From Rhodocyclaceae bacterium (GTDB lineage Bacteria; Pseudomonadota; Gammaproteobacteria; Burkholderiales; Rhodocyclaceae): a stretch of DNA of 64,000 bases. Where the stretch lies: contig JBNLCM010000106.1 in assembly GCA_050303815.1 (NCBI GenBank), positions 4,938 to 68,937 of the forward strand. Direction: 5' to 3'. A program made the translations under genes and the position numbers. Positions 22,446 to 30,407 of the stretch are shown in pieces; the first letter of the stretch is position 1; each line of letters opens with the position of its first letter. Under the pieces are notes generated by a model. The model made no database searches and had not been told where the DNA came from. It saw only the letters and a program-made list of their open reading frames with translations.

Positions 22446-23192
22446 GTGCGGCGGGAAGATCTGGAGCGACATCTGGCGGAGCTGCTGGCGGTCGACCGTG
22501 CGCGGGATTATTGCCCAAACGGCCTGCAAGTGGAAGGAAGGAGCGATGTGACGCGCGTCCTGTGTGGCGTGACTGCCAGCCAGGCGCTCCTCGACGAAGC
22601 CGTGCGCGGTGGCTTCGACGCCATCATCGTCCACCACGGCTATTTCTGGAAGGGCGAGGATGCCCGCATCCGAGGACATCGGCGGAGACGGCTGAAGACC
22701 CTGTTGAGCAACGACATCAGCCTCTTTGCCTATCACCTGCCGCTCGACATGCACCCCGAGCTCGGCAACAACGCGCAGCTCGGCCTGAACCTCGGCTGGA
22801 ACGGCGCGGCAGCCTTCGGCGAGCAGATGCTCGGCTGGCTGGCTCAGCTCGATGCCCCGGTGGCGGCGGAGTCGCTTCGCCAGCTCGTCGGAACCCGCCT
22901 CGGCCGTGAGGCATTGCTGGTCGGGGATGAGAACCGCATCGTGCGGACCGTTGCATGGTGCACCGGTGGGGCCCAGGGCTTCTTCGAGGCGGCGATCGAT
23001 GCTGGCGCCGACCTCTATCTGTCCGGGGAGATCTCGGAGCAGACAACGCATCTCGCGCGCGAGTCGGGCGTGCCTTACCTCGCCGCGGGTCACCACGCAA
23101 CCGAGCGCTACGGCGTTCGGGCGCTGGCGGGGTATCTCAGCGAGGTCCTGGGGGTCGAGGCCCACTTCGTCGACCTGCCGAACCCCGCCTGA
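22446..23192 (+). CDS. Nif3-like dinuclear metal center protein (YbgI)
   Basis: DYCPNGLQVEG, VHHG, YHLPLD.H, GHHATE. Confidence 0.93.
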   Translation: MRREDLERHLAELLAVDRARDYCPNGLQVEGRSDVTRVLCGVTASQALLDEAVRGGFDAIIVHHGYFWKGEDARIRGHRRRRLKTLLSNDISLFAYHLPLDMHPELGNNAQLGLNLGWNGAAAFGEQMLGWLAQLDAPVAAESLRQLVGTRLGREALLVGDENRIVRTVAWCTGGAQGFFEAAIDAGADLYLSGEISEQTTHLARESGVPYLAAGHHATERYGVRALAGYLSEVLGVEAHFVDLPNPA

Positions 23193-23207
23193 CGGCCGTC
23201 CGGGGCT

Positions 23208-25238
23208 TCATGCCGCATTGGCGGCATCGTCATCGGAGGGGATCTCGTCCTTGAAGTCGCCCGGGCGCGGACGGAACGGTCCGACCAGCTCATTGAGCAT
23301 GCCGAGCAGGCAGAGAATCTCGTCGATGACGGCGATCGGGAAGCCCTGACGGGTGCCGTCCCGATTGTCGCGCAGGAGTTCATGCAGGTAGACCTGCGCG
23401 TCGCGTGACGGCCAGCAGCTTCGCAGGCGCTCGACGATGTGCGGCATGGATTCGAGGGTTTCCGCGGCCATCCGGACGGCGTCGAACTCGTCCCACGACA
23501 CCACCTTGACATTGAAGGTGCCGTTGAGCTGACGGGTCAGCCCGTCGAACTCGCCTCGCATGCCGGCCGCCTTGTACACGTCCAGCAACTTGATCCAGGG
23601 GGCGACACCCTGCTTCGGGTTGTGGCGGATGAACTCGGCCAGGGTCTGCGCTGCGCCCTGAACCCGGCCGAAGGACATCATGATGTCGGCCAGCTCGACT
23701 GCCGATTCGTGTTCCTCGGCCAGTTCGTCCTCGAGTATCGGGGGCGGCGCCTGTGCCGACAGGTCGTCGGCGCCCGGCGACCACTCGAGTGGGGAGAAAT
23801 CGACCGCCTGCGCACCGTCGGCACCGGGTTGGGTGAGGTCGTCCCCGAGCGGGAAGTCCACCTCGATGGCTGCATCCGTATCGCCCGGATCGACGTCAGC
23901 CGTACCGCTTGCCGTGGTCCGCGCGTCAGCCGGCAGGGGCGTCGGTAGCTGCGACTCGGGCAGCTCCAGGTCGAAATCGTCATCGTCCGAGGGCTCGGTG
24001 CCATCGTCCCTGCGGCGTCGCCACCACAGCATCAACATCGCGAGCCCGAGCAGCGCCGCGAACGCGATGGCGGCCAGACTCGGCCAGGTCGCTTCGGGCG
24101 GGGCTGGCTGGGGAACGGGTTGCGGGCTTGGCTCGGGGGGCAGGGCCGGCAGCTGGGGGACCGACCCCTGCGGTTCGGGCGGAGCAGCCACCCTGCCGTT
24201 TTCGGCCAGCAGGGAGTCGAGCCGGCTGGACTCTTCCTTGAGCCGTTGCTGTAGCCCTTCGAGTTCCCGGATCCGCGCCGCCAGTTCCATCTGCGTCATG
24301 ATCTTGTCGTCGAGCGCCATGACGAGGCGTTGCTCTTCCCGCAGGCGCTCCCGTTCCGCTTCGCTGGTCGTGCCGGTCCGGCCTGGGTCCGAGAGGGACA
24401 GGCTCAGCCGGAGCCGCGTCTCCGCAGGGCCACCGAACAGGACCAGCCGGTCCGCCGAGCCAGCCGGCGCGGGGCTGGCCGCAACAGGCGCCGCCGCAGT
24501 TGCCGTGGGCGCGGGCAGCGGGGCTGGTCGTGGTGGAGCGGCCGACCGGGCAGGTCTTGCCTTTGGCTCGGACTTTGGTTTTGGACGGGGCTTCGGTGGC
24601 GTGCGGGCAATGCGTTCCAGTGCCGCCTGGTCGAGCCGCGCAGGGGCGTGGACCGGCTGGGTCAGAGCCGCCTTGTCCGGGAACAGGTCGGGCGCCTGGC
24701 GGCGGGCCGCTGCAATATAGCGCCGGCGGGCGGACGGATCATCGGGGAAGGCTTGCCGCGCCATCTCGACCAGCGACGGGCCGGGATCGGGGGCTGGCGC
24801 CTGGACCTGCACCGACTCGTCCGCGGGGGCTGGCGCGCCGCCCGCCACGGTAACCGGCGGCGCCAGCGCCGGGCTGGGTGGCATCAACAGCGTGTACTCG
24901 CGCCGAAGGCTCCCGTCGCAGCCCGCCGCGACCCCGAGCATCAGGACGGGGTGGTTGGCTGGACGGGGGCTCGACACGACGAGGTAGGCGTCCGTGAGCT
25001 CCCGGACGATGGCCAGTCGCGCGTCGCGGACCCAGGGCAGGTCAGCCGTATGTTGGGGGGAGAGCCTCAGGCAGCGGGGGTCGAGGTCGGGCTCGGCGCC
25101 GACGAGGCGGATCTGCACCCGGAGCGGTTCTCCGATGGCGGACAGTCGCGCTATCTCGCCGAGCCCAAAGGCGTGGACGCTTCCCGAAGTCAGGAGGCCG
25201 ACGGTCAGCAGCGGCGCAAGTCTGTGGCGCAGGGTCAT
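23208..25238 (-). CDS. FimV-like protein
   Basis: Signal peptide + AFGLGEIARLSAIGEPLRVQI (FimV N-domain), Pro/Ala-rich linker, coiled coil, one TM, acidic cytoplasmic region, C-terminal LADIMMSFG..RQGFP. Confidence 0.7.
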   Translation of the reverse strand: MTLRHRLAPLLTVGLLTSGSVHAFGLGEIARLSAIGEPLRVQIRLVGAEPDLDPRCLRLSPQHTADLPWVRDARLAIVRELTDAYLVVSSPRPANHPVLMLGVAAGCDGSLRREYTLLMPPSPALAPPVTVAGGAPAPADESVQVQAPAPDPGPSLVEMARQAFPDDPSARRRYIAAARRQAPDLFPDKAALTQPVHAPARLDQAALERIARTPPKPRPKPKSEPKARPARSAAPPRPAPLPAPTATAAAPVAASPAPAGSADRLVLFGGPAETRLRLSLSLSDPGRTGTTSEAERERLREEQRLVMALDDKIMTQMELAARIRELEGLQQRLKEESSRLDSLLAENGRVAAPPEPQGSVPQLPALPPEPSPQPVPQPAPPEATWPSLAAIAFAALLGLAMLMLWWRRRRDDGTEPSDDDDFDLELPESQLPTPLPADARTTASGTADVDPGDTDAAIEVDFPLGDDLTQPGADGAQAVDFSPLEWSPGADDLSAQAPPPILEDELAEEHESAVELADIMMSFGRVQGAAQTLAEFIRHNPKQGVAPWIKLLDVYKAAGMRGEFDGLTRQLNGTFNVKVVSWDEFDAVRMAAETLESMPHIVERLRSCWPSRDAQVYLHELLRDNRDGTRQGFPIAVIDEILCLLGMLNELVGPFRPRPGDFKDEIPSDDDAANAA

Positions 25239-25459
25239 GAATGGGCGGTTGGGGTCAGCGATCGCCCCTGTCCCTTGAACATTTTTGCCGACATTGTAAT
25301 GAAATCGCCCGAAAAGTCGTGCTGACGGGCCCGGCAGGCCGCGAATTTCCATGTCACGGGTCGGTTTACGGCCGGCTGCCTGCAGGCTGAAGCGCAATCG
25401 TGTTGCGCGCGCGGCATGTTGCGGTGCACATGGGACTGAAATTGCAAGAGCGTTTCCGC

Positions 25460-25465
25460 TATAAT
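25460..25465 (+). promoter_or_regulatory. Probable -10 element of the sucCD promoter
   Basis: Perfect TATAAT in a GC-rich context, 180 nt upstream of sucC; -35 not clear. Confidence 0.45.
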
Positions 25466-25644
25466 TACGGGATTCTCCGGGTTGCATGATTCTGAGAAGC
25501 GTGCGCGGCGCGGCCGCTCACGGGAGCGGTTGCGAGTCCGGCTGAGGGAGGGCGGAGTCGCGACTGCGGGGGCTTGCCTCCGAATGTCCCATAAACCTAA
25601 GCGTTCGCGGCCGGGTGGGTCGCGGCACCGATCAAAGGGCTACC

Positions 25645-26805
25645 ATGAAGATTCATGAGTATCAGGCAAAGGAAGTACTGAGGAAGTATGGCGTCGTGAC
25701 GCCGCGTGGCGTGCCGTGCTTCACCGTTGATGAGGCGGTGAAGGCAGCGGAATCGCTCGGCGGCTCGATCTGGGTCGTCAAGGCGCAGATCCACGCCGGT
25801 GGTCGCGGCAAGGGGGGGGGCGTCAAGCTGGCCCGCTCGATGGACGAAGTCCGCAGCAACGCCGAGCAGATCCTCGGCATGCAGCTGGTCACCCACCAGA
25901 CCGGCCCGGAGGGCCAGAAGGTGCGTCGCCTGCTCGTCGAGGAAGGCGCCGACATCCAGAAGGAATACTACGTGGCTGCGCTGACCGACCGCGCGACCCA
26001 GAAGGTGGCCATGATGGCTTCCTCCGAGGGTGGCATGGATATCGAGGAAGTGGCCGCCAAGACCCCTGAGAAGATCATCAAGGTGTTCGTCGATCCGCTG
26101 GTCGGGCTGACGGAGGCGCAGGCGAAGGAGCTGGCAAACGGCATCGGCGTGCCCGAGGCCTCGGTCGCGAAGGCGGTGGATACGCTCCAGAAGCTCTACA
26201 CCTGCTACATGGAAACCGATGCGTCCCTGGCAGAGATCAACCCGCTGATCCTGGAAGGCAACGGCAACATCAAGGCGCTCGACGCCAAGTTCAACTTCGA
26301 TTCCAACGCCCTGTACCGCCACCCCGAGATCGTCGAGATGCGCGACCTCGACGAGGAGGATCCGGACGAGCTCGAGGCCTCCAAGTACGACCTGGCTTAC
26401 ATCAGCCTGGACGGCAACATCGGTTGCCTGGTGAATGGCGCGGGTCTGGCCATGGCCACGATGGACACCATCAAGCTGTTCGGCGCCTCGCCGGCCAACT
26501 TCCTCGACGTCGGCGGTGGCGCCACGACCGAGAAGGTGACCGAGGCGTTCAAGATCATGCTCAAGAACCCCAAGGTGAAGGGCATCCTCGTGAACATCTT
26601 CGGCGGCATCATGCGTTGCGACACCATCGCCACCGGCGTGGTCGCGGCCGCCAAGGAAGTCAATCTCTCCGTGCCGCTGGTTGTGCGGATGAAGGGGACC
26701 AACGAAGAAATCGGCAAGAAGATCCTCGCCGATTCCGGTCTGCCCATCATTTCCGCCGACAGCATGGCCGAAGCCGCGACGAAGATCGTCGCCGCGGTCA
26801 AGTAA
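25645..26805 (+). CDS. sucC: Succinyl-CoA synthetase beta subunit
   Basis: [34 protein letters not shown]. Confidence 0.97.
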   Translation: MKIHEYQAKEVLRKYGVVTPRGVPCFTVDEAVKAAESLGGSIWVVKAQIHAGGRGKGGGVKLARSMDEVRSNAEQILGMQLVTHQTGPEGQKVRRLLVEEGADIQKEYYVAALTDRATQKVAMMASSEGGMDIEEVAAKTPEKIIKVFVDPLVGLTEAQAKELANGIGVPEASVAKAVDTLQKLYTCYMETDASLAEINPLILEGNGNIKALDAKFNFDSNALYRHPEIVEMRDLDEEDPDELEASKYDLAYISLDGNIGCLVNGAGLAMATMDTIKLFGASPANFLDVGGGATTEKVTEAFKIMLKNPKVKGILVNIFGGIMRCDTIATGVVAAAKEVNLSVPLVVRMKGTNEEIGKKILADSGLPIISADSMAEAATKIVAAVK

Positions 26806-26816
26806 GGAGAGTCTGA

Positions 26817-27710
26817 ATGTCCATCCTGATCAACAAAGACACCAAGGTCATCACCCAGGGGATTACCGGCAAGACCGGCCAGTTCCACACCGAGAAGTGC
26901 ATCGAGTACGCCAACGGCAAGAATTGCTTCGTGGCCGGAGTGAACCCGAAGAAGGCTGGCGAGAAGATCTTCGACGTGCCCATCTTTGGCAGCGTCAAGG
27001 AAGCCTCGGCCGAAACCGGTGCGACCGTGTCGGTCATCTATGTGCCGCCTGCCGGCGCTGCTGCCGCCATCTGGGAAGCCTGCGAGGCGGACCTCGACCT
27101 GGCCATCTGCATCACCGAGGGCATTCCGGTCCGCGACATGCTGGAAGTGCGCAACAAGATGCTCCAGAAAGAGGCCGCGGGCGGCAAGAAGACCCTGCTG
27201 CTGGGACCGAACTGCCCGGGCCTGATCACGCCCGACGAAATCAAGATCGGCATCATGCCGGGCCACATCCACAAGAAGGGCCGCATTGGTGTCGTGTCCC
27301 GCTCCGGCACGCTGACCTATGAGGCCGTCGCGCAATTGACCGAGCTCGGTCTGGGGCAGTCCTCCGCGGTCGGCATCGGTGGCGACCCCATCAACGGCCT
27401 GAAGCACATCGACGTCATGAAGGCCTTCAACGACGATCCTGACACCGATGCGGTGATCATGATCGGCGAGATCGGCGGTCCGGACGAAGCCGAGGCGGCT
27501 CGCTGGTGCAAGGCCAACATGAAGAAGCCGATCGTCGGCTTCATCGCGGGTGTCACGGCCCCTGCGGGCAAGCGCATGGGCCACGCCGGCGCGCTGATCT
27601 CGGGTGGCGCGGATACGGCTGACGCCAAGCTCGCGATCATGGAAGAGTGTGGCTTCAAGGTCACCCGCGACCCGTCCGAGATGGGCCGCGTGCTGAAGAG
27701 TCTGATCTGA
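26817..27710 (+). CDS. sucD: Succinyl-CoA synthetase alpha subunit
   Basis: QGITGKTG, GPNCPG, RMGHAGA. Confidence 0.97.
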   Translation: MSILINKDTKVITQGITGKTGQFHTEKCIEYANGKNCFVAGVNPKKAGEKIFDVPIFGSVKEASAETGATVSVIYVPPAGAAAAIWEACEADLDLAICITEGIPVRDMLEVRNKMLQKEAAGGKKTLLLGPNCPGLITPDEIKIGIMPGHIHKKGRIGVVSRSGTLTYEAVAQLTELGLGQSSAVGIGGDPINGLKHIDVMKAFNDDPDTDAVIMIGEIGGPDEAEAARWCKANMKKPIVGFIAGVTAPAGKRMGHAGALISGGADTADAKLAIMEECGFKVTRDPSEMGRVLKSLI

Positions 27711-27730
27711 GCGGCTTGCACGTCCGTTCG

Positions 27731-27760
27731 AAAGGCGCCGGTTGTCCGGCGCCTTTTTTC
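27731..27760 (+). terminator. Rho-independent terminator after sucD
   Basis: AAAGGCGCCGG-TTGT-CCGGCGCCTTTTTT. Confidence 0.85.
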
Positions 27761-27864
27761 ACGTCCGGCCGAGCGTCACTGTGGGCAATCGTGCGTTCCT
27801 TGCGCGGACGCCACGCGCAGCTTCCGGTATCGTCTCGCCAATGGATTTCAAGACCGGAGGGTTT

Positions 27865-28599
27865 GTGACGCACCTGCGTATCGCGATGGCCACCGATGTC
27901 GGCCGGGTTCGTTCGCGCAACGAGGATTCGGTGGCCAGCGATACGTCCAGTGGATGGGCCCTGGTTGCGGACGGCATGGGCGGCCATCGGGGCGGCGATG
28001 TCGCGTCGGCGATCGTGGCGCGCACGGCGGGAGCGTGCCTGGCCGGCCCACCTGAAAAGCCGTGGACCGGCGACAGGATCGAACGTCGCGTGCGTGACGT
28101 GATCCGGGAGGCCAATCGGGCCATCTACGAACAGTCAAACGCCAATCTCAAGTTGTACGGCATGGGCTCGACGGCGGTGCTCGCGCAGACCTGGAACGGG
28201 CTTGTCACGGTCGGGCACGTCGGCGACTCGCGCGCCTATCGACTGCGCGGCGGGCGACTCGAGCGCCTGACGGTCGATCATTCGCTGTTGCAGGAGCTAT
28301 TGGACGGGGGCATGATTAGCGCCGCCGAGGCGCGGCGGGCGCCGGGGCGTGGGGTGCTCACCCGTTCGCTCGGGGTGGATCCTGACGTCGAGGTGGACGT
28401 CGTGACCGTCGAGTTCGCCAAGGATGACTGCCTGCTGCTGTGCTCTGACGGCTTGACGGAAATGCTCGACGACGACCAGATTCTGGCTGAACTGACGGCC
28501 GCCGACGGCGATCTGGCTCAGGCGACCGCCCGGCTGATCGATGCGGCCAATGGCGGTGGCGGGCGGGATAATGTCAGCGTCGTGCTGATGGCATGCTGA
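27865..28599 (+). CDS. PP2C-type Ser/Thr protein phosphatase (Stp1/PppL family)
   Basis: DVGRVRSRNED, VADGMGGH, HVGDSRAY, LCSDGL, GGRDN. GTG after GGAGG. Confidence 0.92.
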   Translation: MTHLRIAMATDVGRVRSRNEDSVASDTSSGWALVADGMGGHRGGDVASAIVARTAGACLAGPPEKPWTGDRIERRVRDVIREANRAIYEQSNANLKLYGMGSTAVLAQTWNGLVTVGHVGDSRAYRLRGGRLERLTVDHSLLQELLDGGMISAAEARRAPGRGVLTRSLGVDPDVEVDVVTVEFAKDDCLLLCSDGLTEMLDDDQILAELTAADGDLAQATARLIDAANGGGGRDNVSVVLMAC

Positions 28600-28656
28600 A
28601 CCGGCCGGGCCGGGGTCGCGAATGCCGGCATGTGTGGTGCCACTGGAACTGACAAG

Positions 28657-29403
28657 ATGCCGAAGTTGATTCTTAGCATGGACGGGCTGGTGCTGAAGGA
28701 GATCGAGCTCACGAAGGAGCGGATCTCGATCGGGCGCAAGCCGCACAACGACATCCAGATCGACAACCTGGCGATCAGCGGAGAGCATGCCGTGATCACC
28801 ACGATCATCGACGATGCGTTCCTCGAGGACCAGAACAGCACCAACGGCACCTACGTGAATGGGCAGCCGGTCAAGAAGCATGTCCTTCAGAACAACGACC
28901 TGATCGAGCTGGGAAAGTACCGGCTGAAATTCATCAAGAACAGCACCGAGCGCGCGGTGAACCCGTCGGAGTTCGTGGATACCGCAGCCATCAATCCCCT
29001 GGCGCTGGATTCCGAGGGGGGGCTCATCGACACGAAGGTGATCGATCAGCCCATGGCCACGCCAACGAGCGGTGTTGCCACGCAGATCATCGATGCCAAG
29101 GCGGCGGCCGCCGCGTCGGCTGTCGCGCCGCCAGCGGAGGTGGGCGAAGGCGTGCTGCAGGTCCTCAACGGCAGCAACGCGGGCAAGGAACTGCCATTGA
29201 CCAAGAGCCTGACGACCATCGGCAAGCCGGGTGTCCAGGTCGCGGTCATCACCCGGCGTCCCCATGGCTTCTTCATCACGCATGTGGAAGGGGCAACGTT
29301 TCCCTCGGTCAACGGCAAGACGCTGGATGCGCAGGCGCACCGCCTGAACGATCAGGACGTGATCCAGATCGCCGGCGTCAAGATGTCCTTCTTCCTGCGT
29401 TAG
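28657..29403 (+). CDS. Double FHA-domain protein
   Basis: N-terminal FHA with IGR...SGEHA...STNGTYVNG; second, degenerate FHA at the C-terminus. Confidence 0.9.
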   Translation: MPKLILSMDGLVLKEIELTKERISIGRKPHNDIQIDNLAISGEHAVITTIIDDAFLEDQNSTNGTYVNGQPVKKHVLQNNDLIELGKYRLKFIKNSTERAVNPSEFVDTAAINPLALDSEGGLIDTKVIDQPMATPTSGVATQIIDAKAAAAASAVAPPAEVGEGVLQVLNGSNAGKELPLTKSLTTIGKPGVQVAVITRRPHGFFITHVEGATFPSVNGKTLDAQAHRLNDQDVIQIAGVKMSFFLR

Positions 29404-29524
29404 ACCGCGGGCGCGTGAATTCCTCCGCGACGAGCGGCGCCCGCTCGGGGTATCGTTGCAGGATGGGTTTTTCGACCATGTCATCCTCTTCGCCCGCCAT
29501 TTCGGTGGCGGATCGCCAACCGAC

Positions 29525-30292
29525 ATGAAGCTCAAGGTACTGGGCTGCAGTGGGGGGATTGGTGGCGTGCGTCGTCGGACGACGGCGTACCTGGTCGATC
29601 ACGACATTCTGCTTGACGGCGGGAGCGGTGTGGGCGACCTCGAGTACGAGGACCTGCTGCGCATCGATCACGTGTTCGTGTCTCATGCCCATCTGGATCA
29701 TGTTGCCTTCATCCCGTTTCTGGTGGACACGGTCGGCGAGGAGCGGGGACGGCCAATCACCGTGTATGGCAACGCGGAAACCCTCCGGATCCTGCGCTCA
29801 CACCTCTTCAACTGGCTGATCTGGCCAGATTTTTCGACCATACCGGACCGGCGAACGCCCTTCCTGCGCTACCAGGAGGTGCGTGTTGGCGAATCGGTCC
29901 AGTTGGGTGACCGGGCCATTCGTCCCATGAGCGCACTGCACACGGTCCCCGCGCTCGGCTACTGCCTGGACAGCGGCCGCGGCAAGCTCGTATATACCGG
30001 CGATACCACCTACTCGGACGAGTTGCTGGCGGAGATCAACGCCCTGTCGGACCTGCGCTACCTGATCGTCGAGTCCGCCTTTCCCGACGCCCAGCAAGGC
30101 CTTGCGCTCGCGTCTCGACATATGTGCCCGAACCTGCTGGCGCGACTGCTCGACAAGGTCGACGGAACACCCGAGGTGCTGGTGACGCATCTGAAGCCCG
30201 GCAAGGGCGAACGGATCATGACGGAATTGCTGTCCTATCAGGGGCGTCTGGTGCCCCGGCGCCTCGAGGCCGGGATGGTGCTCGAGTTCTAG
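29525..30292 (+). CDS. Class II 3',5'-cyclic-nucleotide phosphodiesterase (MBL fold)
   Basis: VLGCSGG, SHAHLDH, HLFNWLIWPDF, HTVP, YTGDT, THLKP. Confidence 0.88.
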   Translation: MKLKVLGCSGGIGGVRRRTTAYLVDHDILLDGGSGVGDLEYEDLLRIDHVFVSHAHLDHVAFIPFLVDTVGEERGRPITVYGNAETLRILRSHLFNWLIWPDFSTIPDRRTPFLRYQEVRVGESVQLGDRAIRPMSALHTVPALGYCLDSGRGKLVYTGDTTYSDELLAEINALSDLRYLIVESAFPDAQQGLALASRHMCPNLLARLLDKVDGTPEVLVTHLKPGKGERIMTELLSYQGRLVPRRLEAGMVLEF

Positions 30293-30407
30293 TAGCGGGC
30301 CCATCCATGGCGCTTCTGGGGTGGTCTCCATCCTGTCGGACTAGAATGGCGCAAGGTTTGCGCCGAGGGCGGCCAGTCGCCGAATGGCCGAGAGGGGGTC
30401 TGAAACG

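Noticed and set aside
27865-29403. PP2C + FHA as part of a type VI secretion cluster
   Set aside because: No tss genes nearby, and the FHA protein lacks TagH-like size and architecture
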